A stretch of 64,000 nucleotides of DNA from an uncultured Acidobacteriota bacterium (GTDB lineage: Bacteria > Acidobacteriota > Thermoanaerobaculia > Gp7-AA8). The DNA lies in NCBI GenBank assembly GCA_963741955.1, contig CAVUKB010000010.1, forward strand, positions 504,260 to 568,259. The letters run 5' to 3'. The translations under genes were made by a program, and so were the position numbers. This document shows, piece after piece, positions 1-9,564 of this stretch (positions are counted from its first letter, which is position 1; every line of letters starts with the position of its first letter). The notes under the pieces are model-generated. The model saw only the letters and a list, made by a program, of their open reading frames with translations, made no database searches and was not told where the DNA came from.

Positions 1-466
1 CGACCAGTAGCGACTTGAGCTCGTCGCCTCCCCACGCCCCGAAGGTCTGGTTGGACAACCCGTACTGGTGCTCTCGGAAGTAGCCGGAGTAGATGGAGAG
101 AGGAAACATGAGAATCGTGGTGACGAGGAGAAATTGCAGCCAGTAGAAGACGGATTGAAGGGTCTTTCGCCGCGTGATCCGGGTCGCGACATCGCGCAGT
201 CGCGCAGAGAGACCGGTCATGAGAAGGACGAGGTAGACCGCCGCGCCGTAAAGAAAGCTCCAGAGTTGCAGCCACTCGCCGCCCTCGAAATACGCATCGG
301 AGCGCGCCCTCTCGGCGGGAGTGAGCGACGCGAGATAGGCGTCCGTGGCGTGGACCGCGTCGAATTTCGGAGTGCTGGCCGGCGGCTGTGCGGCCGTTGC
401 TCCCGTCGCGATCAGGGTGAGGAGCAGCCACAGTCCCAGCACCAGAGTCGTCGTCGATCTCGGCAT
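1..466 (-). CDS. M48/STE24-family membrane metallopeptidase, N-terminal part (runs off window edge)
   Basis: Manual translation MPRSTTTLVLGLWLLL...SDAYFEGGEWLQLW...YFREHQYGLSNQTFGAW matches the STE24 N-terminal pattern; AGGAGGT RBS upstream of ATG at 466. Not in the ORF track. Confidence 0.8.
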   Translation of the reverse strand, partial: MPRSTTTLVLGLWLLLTLIATGATAAQPPASTPKFDAVHATDAYLASLTPAERARSDAYFEGGEWLQLWSFLYGAAVYLVLLMTGLSARLRDVATRITRRKTLQSVFYWLQFLLVTTILMFPLSIYSGYFREHQYGLSNQTFGAWGGDELKSLLV

Positions 467-631
467 GCGGACCTCCTGAATGTCGTGCCGATCATACCGC
501 GACTGCGAGCCGTCCGGTCTCCCCGGTCGTGGTTACCACCGTCACCGGATCGGATGCATAATTGTTCTGAATCCCGGTTCTCGGCACCCGATCGGACCAG
601 CCATGCACCACGGCAATCGCAGGGGGAATTC

Positions 632-1195
632 ATGAATCAGCAGGTGAAGGTGAAAGCGGTACCGGTCAATGGTCTCGTGGAGTTCGTCGAGCGGGAGCTG
701 ACGCCCCAGCAGATTCAGTCCGTGCTGGCGAAGATGCCGCCCGAAGAGGGACGCTACTTCACCGGACATCTGCTCGCGCACGAACAGGTCCCGCTCGCGG
801 CCGTGAATCGATACACCAGGCTCGCGGCTCAGGAGCGGGGCGAAGCGGTGACGACGTTCGCCGAGCGCGCGGGAAGATTCGGTGCGAAGCAGGGTCTGAA
901 GACCGTCTACAAGTTCATCCTGCTGATGATCTCTCCTGAAGCCGCGCTGAAGAAGGCTCCACTGATGTGGAGCCGGGTCTACGACAGTGGCGAGATGAGC
1001 GTGGAGTCGGAGCAGGGGCACGCATTCATCCACATCAGGAACTTCGCTCCCGACGAAGCGGGATGCGGTCGCATCACCGGATGGTTCGAGACGATCGGCG
1101 AGGCCACCGGTGCGAAGTCGATGACCGTCTCGCACGCGAAGTGCGCGGCCCACGGCGCATCCGAATGCGTCTGGGAATTCACCTGGAAGCCGTGA
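632..1195 (+). CDS. Hypothetical protein, V4R/H-NOX-like small-ligand-binding fold (DUF2378/TIGR02265-like)
   Basis: ATG at 632 after AGGGGG; C-terminal HAKCAAHGASECVWEFTW resembles the V4R C-x4-G-x3-C motif. Confidence 0.55.
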   Translation: MNQQVKVKAVPVNGLVEFVERELTPQQIQSVLAKMPPEEGRYFTGHLLAHEQVPLAAVNRYTRLAAQERGEAVTTFAERAGRFGAKQGLKTVYKFILLMISPEAALKKAPLMWSRVYDSGEMSVESEQGHAFIHIRNFAPDEAGCGRITGWFETIGEATGAKSMTVSHAKCAAHGASECVWEFTWKP

Positions 1196-1346
1196 TTCGT
1201 CACGGTCTGCGCGGCGACGCTCCCGTTACTGCCGACGGAGCGCCGCGGCTCACGCCGCGGCCGGCGGCGGAAGCCGTGCCGCACCAGTTGCGAAATTCCG
1301 AGTCAACGGATCTGCCTTCGCTGCTCCACGTACGTGACGGAGATTC

Positions 1347-2861
1347 TTACTGCGGAGGCGCGGGCGCGCCATGCTCCTTCCGCAATCTGCTGTGACGGAA
1401 GCCGTAGAATACGTAGACCACCATTCCCACCGCGAGCCAGAGGACGAAGCGGAACCAGGAGCTCGGCGGCAGATACCAGATCAGCCCCATGCAGGAGAGA
1501 ACCCCGAGGATCGGGACGAGAAGCGGCCCTCCGGGAACACGGAACGGCCTTCTCCGGTCCGGATCCTTGAAACGCAGCACCGCGATTCCGATGCAGACCA
1601 GGATGAACGCGAAGAGCGTCCCGATATTCGTGAGGTCGACCATTTCGTCGAGTGAGGTGAAGGATGCAGTCACGCCGACGGCGACGCCGGTCACGATGGT
1701 ACTGACGTGCGGCGTTCCGAACTTCGGATGAACTTTGGCGAAGACCTTCGGCAGGAGTCCGTCACGGGACATGGCGAAGAAGATCCGCGGCTGACCGAGC
1801 TGGAACACCAGAAGAACCGCGGTGTGCGCGATCACCGAGCCGAGAGCGACGATCCCCACCATCCAGTTCGGCATTTCGACGAACTTCATCGCGAGCGTGA
1901 GTGGCTCTGCCTGCTGGTTGCCGAGGGTGTGTTTCAGGGCCGGGAAGGGAATCATCCCGGTGAAGACGGCTGCGACGACGATGTAGATCACGGTACAGAT
2001 GATCAGCGATCCGATGATTCCGATCGGCATGTCGCGTTGAGGGTTCTTCGCCTCTTCCGCGGTCGTCGAGATCGCGTCGAAGCCGATGTAGGCGAAGAAG
2101 ACGATCGCCGCGCCGGCCGCGACCCCGGTGAATCCGTTGGGAGCGAAGGGAGTCCAGTTCGCCGGCTTTACGAACTTGAAGCTGACGAACACGAAGAAGC
2201 CGAGAACCATCAGCTTCAGGACGACCATGATCAGGTTGAAGCGTGCCGACTCGCGGATCCCCCAGACCAGGATGATGGTGATGAACGCCACGATGGCGAT
2301 GGCGAGAATGTTGAAAACGATCGGGACGCCGAAGACGTGAGGCGCCGAGGCGATCAGCTCGGGCATCTTCAGCGCGGCGGTGTGGTAGTCGATCGTCAGC
2401 CAGCGCGGGATGTGGATCCCGAGTCCTTCGAGGAGGGTGTTGAAGTAGTTGGCCCAGGAGATGGCGACCGCCACGTTGCCGATCGCGTATTCGAGAATGA
2501 GATCCCAGCCGATGATCCAGGCGATCAGCTCGCCCAGGGTGGCGTACGAGTACGTGTAGGCGGAACCGGCGACCGGAACCATCGACGCGAACTCGGCATA
2601 GCAGAGGGCCGTGAATCCGCAGACGATGGCAGTGATGACGAACGAGACCATCAAAGCCGGACCCGCACCGGGACGGAGATGGTCGCCGGCGGCGGCCGTA
2701 CCGATGGTGGCGAAGATTCCGGCGCCGATGATCGCGCCGATCCCGAGGGCGATCAGATTCACCGGCCCGAGGGCCTTCTTCAGTTCGTGGCCCTTCTCGT
2801 GGGTTTCGGCGACCATTTCGTCGAGCGATTTGGTCTTGAAGAGTTGCGAGAGAAAGGACAT
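1347..2861 (-). CDS. APC-family amino acid permease
   Basis: GIGAIIGAGIF, GSAYTYSY and FFAYIGFDAISTTAEE motifs; many TM segments; start moved to MSFLSQLFK behind GGAGA. Confidence 0.93.
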   Translation of the reverse strand: MSFLSQLFKTKSLDEMVAETHEKGHELKKALGPVNLIALGIGAIIGAGIFATIGTAAAGDHLRPGAGPALMVSFVITAIVCGFTALCYAEFASMVPVAGSAYTYSYATLGELIAWIIGWDLILEYAIGNVAVAISWANYFNTLLEGLGIHIPRWLTIDYHTAALKMPELIASAPHVFGVPIVFNILAIAIVAFITIILVWGIRESARFNLIMVVLKLMVLGFFVFVSFKFVKPANWTPFAPNGFTGVAAGAAIVFFAYIGFDAISTTAEEAKNPQRDMPIGIIGSLIICTVIYIVVAAVFTGMIPFPALKHTLGNQQAEPLTLAMKFVEMPNWMVGIVALGSVIAHTAVLLVFQLGQPRIFFAMSRDGLLPKVFAKVHPKFGTPHVSTIVTGVAVGVTASFTSLDEMVDLTNIGTLFAFILVCIGIAVLRFKDPDRRRPFRVPGGPLLVPILGVLSCMGLIWYLPPSSWFRFVLWLAVGMVVYVFYGFRHSRLRKEHGAPAPPQ

Positions 2862-3003
2862 TCGTTCTCCTCGTTCTTCAGTCGAACCGCCCGAAGTGCT
2901 CAGCCGCTGTTCCGGACTTTCGGACGAGTCCGGCGAGCCTATCGTAAAATCGCGCCGGCTGCATCCCCCGCGCGCAGATCCGGCCACGAAGGAGGACCCG
3001 AAG

Positions 3004-3285
3004 ATGATACCGAAAGCTCCATTGAAACAGCGAGCGGCGGACGTCGCGACCGAGCTGCTCGCGTTCGCCGGCGAGCACCCGGAGGGAGATGCGAACGGCG
3101 AGGGAGGGATTCCGTTGCGAAACATTCCATTCGCGCTTCGAGGGCGTTTCATCGACGTCCGCTCGGCGCTCTTCGAGCGCGGAGTGTACGACCCGATCCT
3201 CGCGCGCTTCGACAGCTTCACGGTCCAGCAGGCGTCGACGAAGAGGGTCGCGGAAGCACTCCGCAATGTTGGGGCGACTCTGTAG
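3004..3285 (+). CDS. Small hypothetical protein (93 aa)
   Basis: AAGGAGG RBS before ATG 3004; MIPKAPLKQR...LFERGVYDPILARFDSFTV has natural composition. Confidence 0.6.
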   Translation: MIPKAPLKQRAADVATELLAFAGEHPEGDANGEGGIPLRNIPFALRGRFIDVRSALFERGVYDPILARFDSFTVQQASTKRVAEALRNVGATL

Positions 3286-3385
3286 CGCGGATCTCTCACG
3301 CCGTTTCTGCGCGGAGGCGGATCGCACTCTCTGCTGTTGTCGTTGCATCAGGACGACTCATCACGTCTTCGCGACGGAGGTGAGT
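3283..3385. repeat. Degenerate, internally deleted copy of the 31660-31844 MITE-like element
   Basis: TAGCGCGGATCTCTCACGCCGTTTCTGC-GCGGAGGCGGAT aligns with TAGCCCGCATTTCTCACATCGTCTCTGCTGCGGAGACGGAT; TTGCATC-AGG...TCGCGACG...GTGAG aligns with the right part. Confidence 0.55.
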
Positions 3386-3550
3386 CCGGCCAGGAGGAAT
3401 GGACGTGTCGGGTTCACATGACGGCGCTCGGAGACGTTGGTGCTTACGGAAAGGGCCACACGCTCTCTCGGGCTCACGCTCTCTGAGAACGGAACCCCGA
3501 GGCTCTCGGATCGGCGCAGCCGTCGATTCCCGCCACCGGCACGCCCGATC

Positions 3551-4753
3551 ATGAACTTCTCGAGACGCACGAACTGGGCGGCCGGGACGAACCGGATCAC
3601 GCTGGCGATCGAGGCGCGGCGACGCGCCGGGTACGAGATTCTCGACCTGACGGAAACGAACCCCACCCGGGTCGGACTCGAATATCCGGACGACGAGCTC
3701 GCATCGATTCTCGGACGCTCCAGCCGCGCGCGCTATGCGCCCGAATCGCTCGGGCTCTCGTCCGCACGGGAGTCGCTCGCAGCGAACATTCGAGCCGCCG
3801 GATTCGAGATCGATCCCGGCCGGATCGTCCTCACCGCGTCCACCAGCGAGGCGTACAGCTTTCTCTTCCGCCTTCTCTGCGATCCCGGCGACTCGGTGCT
3901 CACCGGAGTTCCCTCCTACCCGCTGCTCGACCATCTCACCGCGCTCGACTCGGTGCGGCTCCTCCAGTTCCAGTTCCGCTGGCACGGCCGGTGGGAGCCG
4001 GACCTCCTCTCTCTGGCGGAGACGCTGGAAGAGCGAAGTCGCGCGCTCGTCGCGGTCCATCCGAACAATCCGACCGGAACGTATCTCGATCCGACGGAGC
4101 AGGACGCACTCGCAGCAGTCGCGCGCGAGAAGAAGATGGCGCTCGTCTCGGACGAAGTCTTCTTCGACTTTCCCCTGATGGACGGCGTCTCTCGAGCGCT
4201 CCCGGCATTCCTCCGGGAGGATGTGCTCGCGTTTTCACTCGGCGGGCTCTCCAAGAGTGCGGGCCTGCCGCACTGGAAACTCGGATGGATTCTCGTCGGC
4301 GGGCCGGAGGATCTCCGGCGCCGGGCGCTCGCGGGTCTCGAGCTGATTGCGGACACGTTCCTTTCCGTCTCCACGCCCGTTCAGGCCGCGCTTCCGGAGG
4401 TGTTGCGCGTCGCGCCCTCGATTCGCGACTCCATCACGGCGAGAACGCGCGCGAACCTCGCAGCGCTTCGAGAGGCTCTCGGGTTTTTGCCGGCCGTGGA
4501 GGTGCTGCCGGTGGAGGGAGGGTGGATGGCCGTGGTGCGCATTCCGCGGACGTGCACGGATGAGGAGCTGGTGATCGATCTCCTGGAGCGGAGCGGGGTT
4601 GTAGTCCAGCCCGGCTATCTCTTCGACTTCGCTCGGGACGGGTTTCTGGTGCTCTCGCTCCTCCCGCCGCTCGATCGGTTCCGGGAGGGAGTGGCCCGGC
4701 TTGCTGCATATCTGGCAGGGCGGACGGAAGAAATGGACATTCCCCTGGATTAA
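3551..4753 (+). CDS. PLP-dependent aminotransferase class I/II
   Basis: HPNNPTG, SDEVF and GGLSKSAGLPHWKLGW (PLP lysine) motifs. Confidence 0.9.
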   Translation: MNFSRRTNWAAGTNRITLAIEARRRAGYEILDLTETNPTRVGLEYPDDELASILGRSSRARYAPESLGLSSARESLAANIRAAGFEIDPGRIVLTASTSEAYSFLFRLLCDPGDSVLTGVPSYPLLDHLTALDSVRLLQFQFRWHGRWEPDLLSLAETLEERSRALVAVHPNNPTGTYLDPTEQDALAAVAREKKMALVSDEVFFDFPLMDGVSRALPAFLREDVLAFSLGGLSKSAGLPHWKLGWILVGGPEDLRRRALAGLELIADTFLSVSTPVQAALPEVLRVAPSIRDSITARTRANLAALREALGFLPAVEVLPVEGGWMAVVRIPRTCTDEELVIDLLERSGVVVQPGYLFDFARDGFLVLSLLPPLDRFREGVARLAAYLAGRTEEMDIPLD

Positions 4754-4762
4754 GCTATTGAA

Positions 4763-5773
4763 ATGATCTCGCCCGCCGACACTCTCGGCAGACCGCTTCG
4801 TGATCTGCGGATCTCGGTCACCGATCGCTGCAACTTTCGCTGTGTGTACTGCATGCCGCGGGAGGTGTTCGGGCGCGACTTTCACTTTCTTCCACCCGAA
4901 ATGCTCCTCTCTTTCGAGGAGATCACCCGGTTAGCGCGAATTTTCGTGTCGCTCGGCGTGGTGAAGATCCGCATCACCGGCGGCGAGCCTCTGCTGCGTC
5001 ACGATCTGGAGAGGTTGGTCGCGATGCTCGCCCGCATCGAAGGGCTCCAGGATCTGACCCTCACCACCAACGGCTCGCTGCTGGAACAGAAGGCCGGGGT
5101 GCTCCGAGAGGCCGGGCTGAAACGGGTGACGGTGAGCCTCGACTCGCTCGACGACGACGTCTTCCGGAGGATGAACGACGTCGACTTCGGGGTCGATCGC
5201 GTTCTGCGCGGCATCGACGCGGCGGTCCGGGCGGGCTTCTCGCCGGTCAAGATCAACATGGTTCTTCGTCGCGGATTGAACGACGGCACGGTCGTCGACG
5301 TGGCGCGCTTTTTCCGCGGGCCTGGATTCGTGGTCCGGTTCATCGAGTACATGGACGTCGGAAACACGAACGGCTGGAGGCTCGACGACGTCGTGCCCTC
5401 CGCCGAAGTGCTGGAGCGGATCGCACGGGAGCTGCCGCTCGAACCGATGGAAGGATCGTATCGGGGGGAAGTCGCCGAGCGGTACCGCTACCGGGATGGA
5501 GGAGGCGAGATCGGCTTCATCTCATCGGTCACGCGTCCGTTCTGCGGCGATTGTACCCGGGCCCGCCTTTCGTCGGACGGGATGCTCTACAGCTGTCTTT
5601 TCGCCTCCCAGGGGACGGATCTCCGTTCCCTCCTCAGGGGAGCGGCCGGCGATGCGGAAGTCGCCGACGTGCTGCGACAGATCTGGATCTCGCGAACCGA
5701 TCGATACTCCGAGCTCCGGACTGCAGAGACCAGTGGTCTCCCGAAGGTGGAGATGTCCCGGGTCGGCGGATAA
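4763..5773 (+). CDS. moaA: GTP 3',8-cyclase MoaA
   Basis: [18 protein letters not shown] radical-SAM motif, second cluster FCGDCTRAR...C, C-terminal MSRVGG. Confidence 0.97.
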   Translation: MISPADTLGRPLRDLRISVTDRCNFRCVYCMPREVFGRDFHFLPPEMLLSFEEITRLARIFVSLGVVKIRITGGEPLLRHDLERLVAMLARIEGLQDLTLTTNGSLLEQKAGVLREAGLKRVTVSLDSLDDDVFRRMNDVDFGVDRVLRGIDAAVRAGFSPVKINMVLRRGLNDGTVVDVARFFRGPGFVVRFIEYMDVGNTNGWRLDDVVPSAEVLERIARELPLEPMEGSYRGEVAERYRYRDGGGEIGFISSVTRPFCGDCTRARLSSDGMLYSCLFASQGTDLRSLLRGAAGDAEVADVLRQIWISRTDRYSELRTAETSGLPKVEMSRVGG

Positions 5774-6069
5774 GTCGTGACTCCATGGGGTGCGGCTCAT
5801 CCGATCCGCCGCGAGAATCGTCTCGTGCGCGACGAATACGGAGCCTGTGGCTGCGCGCGAAGCGTCGGTGGCGGTGGTCGAGTCGTCGCGTCGGCCGGGC
5901 TCCGCTTCTGCCACAGAGCTCGTCACGATCGGCTCCGAACACGATTGCCGCGGCGGATCAGAGGATCCGCGCCCCTCGGCGAGGAGTGACGCTACGGATA
6001 CGGACCCCGCCCAGCGGGATTCGCGACGATCGCGTTGAATAGCCCGGTGAGCACATTGCAGACCGCACA

Positions 6070-6648
6070 TCATACCGAGCCGCCGAATTTCGGCGCGAGC
6101 CGTTCCGCCTTTGCCTGAACATCCTGGATGACGGGGAGGTTGGTTGCCGCGAAGTTCCTCACGTCAGCGTCCTGTAACCGGTTGATCCCCTCGTCGAAGC
6201 TGATGGATTCCGTCTGGTGCGTTTTTGCCACGAGCTCCGTGAAGCGGCGGTCGAAGCCATCGCTCCGGAGTGTTTTCACCTCTTCGATCTGCGAGGCGAC
6301 GTCTGCGGCGGGAGTGAGGGGGAGCGGGACGTGCTTCCGCGTGGCGAGCTCCCTCAGCTCGGAATCGAAGCTCTGATACGAGTCGAGCATGGTCCGGGCG
6401 AGCTGACGGACGTCCGGATCCGTCGAGCTCATCAGACCGATTCGCGCGAGATCGATCTGCGCGACACCGAACCGAGCGGCACCGACGAGGAACTGCCGGT
6501 CGAGGGATGACGGCGGCGGCGGGGCTTTCTTCCGTGTGGTGGCAGCAGTTCTTCGCCTCTGTTCGCTCATTGTCGCTCCGCCGTTGCAGGCGACTGCGGA
6601 CGTGAGGAGAATGACCGCGATCAGGAAGAGCGAGAGAGGTCGGGACAT
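6070..6648 (-). CDS. DUF4142-domain lipoprotein
   Basis: Lipobox AVAC; DRQFL..AA....Q..LA; FDRRF; DADVRNFAATNLPVIQ matches the DUF4142 ferritin-like pattern. Confidence 0.75.
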   Translation of the reverse strand: MSRPLSLFLIAVILLTSAVACNGGATMSEQRRRTAATTRKKAPPPPSSLDRQFLVGAARFGVAQIDLARIGLMSSTDPDVRQLARTMLDSYQSFDSELRELATRKHVPLPLTPAADVASQIEEVKTLRSDGFDRRFTELVAKTHQTESISFDEGINRLQDADVRNFAATNLPVIQDVQAKAERLAPKFGGSV

Positions 6649-6808
6649 CGGAGGCGGCGGGTGCAACAGACTTGCCCGCCGGTATCGCGGAGCTCGCACA
6701 CCCTTCGGCAGCGCAGACGTGACGAATCCGGAACAACATGGAGCGGCTCCTCTGTCACCTCCATCCGCGGCGTACAATCAGATCCATCGCAGAAAAGAGG
6801 AGATTTGC

Positions 6809-7333
6809 ATGAAAAAACGCTGGGTTCATGGGATCGTCGCGTCTCTGTTCATCGCTTCGGCCGCGTTCGCCGCCGCTCCGCAGGTGGGGCAGCAGGCTCC
6901 CGACTTCAGTCTGGTGAGCAGCGAAGGGAAACCGACGTCGCTGAAAGACTTCCGCGGGAAATGGGTGGTGCTCTATTTCTACCCGAAGGACTTCACCAGC
7001 GGCTGCACGCTGGAGGCGAAGAGCTTTCAACGCGATCTCGCCGAGTACGAGAAGGCGAACGCAGTGATCGTTGGAGTGAGCGTCGACAGCGCGGAGTCTC
7101 ACAAGAGCTTCTGCGCGAAGGAAGGATTGCGGTTCCACCTCCTCTCCGATCCGGCCGGGAAGGTGTCGACGACGTACGGCTCGGTCATGGAGTACGAGGG
7201 ATCGACCTACTCGGCCCGCAACACGTTCCTGATCGACCCGGAGGGGCGGATCGTGAAGACCTTCATGGGAGTCAAGCCGGCGGGACACAGCGAAGAGGTG
7301 CTCGCTGCGCTGGCGGAGCTCGAAAAGAAGTAG
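6809..7333 (+). CDS. Peroxiredoxin, BCP/PrxQ family, with signal peptide
   Basis: VLYFYPKDFTSGCTLEA motif; N-terminal MKKRW..AAFA signal; GAGGAG RBS. Confidence 0.92.
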   Translation: MKKRWVHGIVASLFIASAAFAAAPQVGQQAPDFSLVSSEGKPTSLKDFRGKWVVLYFYPKDFTSGCTLEAKSFQRDLAEYEKANAVIVGVSVDSAESHKSFCAKEGLRFHLLSDPAGKVSTTYGSVMEYEGSTYSARNTFLIDPEGRIVKTFMGVKPAGHSEEVLAALAELEKK

Positions 7334-7351
7334 CGGGATCGCCGACCGCGG

Positions 7352-7390
7352 GGAAGAAACAGAACGCCCCGGGAGAACCCCGGGGCGTTC
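7352..7390 (-). terminator. Intrinsic terminator between convergent genes
   Basis: 12-bp stem GAACGCCCCGGG/CCCGGGGCGTTC (7362-7390) followed on the minus strand by TGTTTCTTCC. Confidence 0.75.
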
Positions 7391-7412
7391 ACCTGCTTCG
7401 TTCGCTCTGCTG

Positions 7413-8294
7413 CTATTTCGTTTTCACACAGCCGCCGTTCGCGTTCGACCATTCGTACTGGTACGCATACCCACCGGTGCCGATGAACGGCGTCGGCGAC
7501 CAGGCGCACTTGTCGTCCGCTTCGTAGCCCCGGCGGTCGAACCAGGCATTGCCGAGTGCGTCGGTGACCGCTTCGCGGGTCTCGTGGGTGGCGAAATGCT
7601 CCTGGTTCTGCGCGGCAGTGAAGCCGCTGACCTGGCAGCCGCTGCACCCCGGATACGGTTCGATCGAGTACTTCACGTTCTTGCCGGATCCATCGACGTA
7701 ATGGCTGTGGTACGCGCAGTACGCGAGAGAGAACCCGGAGGTCGCGCCGCAGGAAGCCTGGCTTCCGTCGGACGAGAACGACGTCTTCGGGAGGTAGACT
7801 TCGTAGACCGTGTTGTAGTCGACTCCGTGGGCCGCAACGTACCTCTGCACTTCCGACTGAACGGTGGCGTCGGTCACGTTCTGGGGAGGCGTCGAGGTGT
7901 CGAACCAGTCGGCCTGATTCACGAGACTCCCCTGGGCGATGTTGCCGTATCCGGAGACGGGGTCTTCACCGTAGTACTGCGTGATGGTGTTGTACTCGGG
8001 AGTGGTTCCGAACTGGTTCCGGAACGACTGGAGCTCCTGCGCGTACGCGTTGTCGGCCGACCCGGCCTGGTTGAACGTCGGTCCCCAGAAGATCATCACG
8101 ACATTGGCATTCCGGATGACCGTGCCGCCATTGTGGTAGTTCAGGTTCGATCCGCCACCTCCGGAAGGCTTGGCGTAGCCGCGCATGTAGAACTTCTTCG
8201 CATGGGAATTCGAAGTGTTGGTCTCGGGGGCACTCTGGGCGAAGGCGGAAGCGGCGAGAAGAGAAACGAACAGCACCGAAAGAAGCTTTTTCAT
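7413..8294 (-). CDS. Secreted protein resembling the Phi-1/EXORDIUM-like family
   Basis: Signal peptide; LNYHNGG.V....V..IFWG, YCAYHSH and HETREAVTD...WFD..GYEADDKCAW motifs. Confidence 0.6.
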   Translation of the reverse strand: MKKLLSVLFVSLLAASAFAQSAPETNTSNSHAKKFYMRGYAKPSGGGGSNLNYHNGGTVIRNANVVMIFWGPTFNQAGSADNAYAQELQSFRNQFGTTPEYNTITQYYGEDPVSGYGNIAQGSLVNQADWFDTSTPPQNVTDATVQSEVQRYVAAHGVDYNTVYEVYLPKTSFSSDGSQASCGATSGFSLAYCAYHSHYVDGSGKNVKYSIEPYPGCSGCQVSGFTAAQNQEHFATHETREAVTDALGNAWFDRRGYEADDKCAWSPTPFIGTGGYAYQYEWSNANGGCVKTK

Positions 8295-8356
8295 TCTTTG
8301 TCCCTTTCTGTGAACGTCCGTCGAATCCCCTGCGACGTTCTGAGCGGCGCTCCATC

Positions 8357-8401
8357 AGCGAGGGTTGTGCCAGGGGACTTCTGGTGTGTAACTCATTGAA
8401 A
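8357..8401 (-). promoter_or_regulatory. Putative sigma54 (-24/-12) promoter with adjacent IHF-like site
   Basis: Minus strand TGGCACAACCCTCGCT (GG-N10-GC, 8357-8372) preceded by TTTCAATGAGTTA (IHF consensus WATCAAN4TTR, one mismatch). Confidence 0.55.
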
Positions 8402-8574
8402 ATACAGACAGCTATCCGGACGCTGGCTCAGTTTCTGGACCGTCACGAGCCGAAGTGACGGGTCCATCACTGACCATTGTGATCAGAAACTGATCCAGGA
8501 GCTCCAAATAAGAGTGGGCTCCCGAACGGCGGGCGATTACATTCGGGACACCTTCGATCGGAGGAGGGAGAAGG

Positions 8575-8741
8575 CTAGGAGTCTGCGCGGTAGGAACGTC
8601 CGTAGCGAGAAAGCGGAGCAGCGAGGCCAAATTCGTTCGGATTTGAGGTGCGTAGCGGTGGCTACTCGCCGAAAATCCGGACGGATTTGGACCGCTGATC
8701 TGCTTTCGCAGTAGGACAGTTTCTATCGCGCAGACTCCTAG
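8575..8741. mobile_element. MITE-like palindromic element family A, copy 1 (167 bp)
   Basis: TIRs CTAGGAGTCTGCGCG...CGCGCAGACTCCTAG; near-identical copy at 31497-31663. Confidence 0.85.
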
Positions 8742-8745
8742 GGAC

Positions 8746-8776
8746 AAAATGAAAACGCCGGCGTTGCCGTCGGCGT
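8746..8776 (-). terminator. Intrinsic terminator downstream of sdhB
   Basis: Minus strand ACGCCGACG-GCAA-CGCCGGCGT then TTTCATTTT. Confidence 0.7.
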
Positions 8777-8799
8777 GATCTCGAAGCGTTGAGCTAGGC

Positions 8800-9563
<764 letters not shown>

Positions 9564-9564
<1 letters not shown>

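Noticed and set aside
1707-3383. Long antisense and alternative-frame ORFs (also 9579-11486, 17443-19062, 47913-49688, 57692-59293, 61730-63049)
   Set aside because: Shadow ORFs expected in high-GC DNA; they overlap well-supported genes and lack motifs
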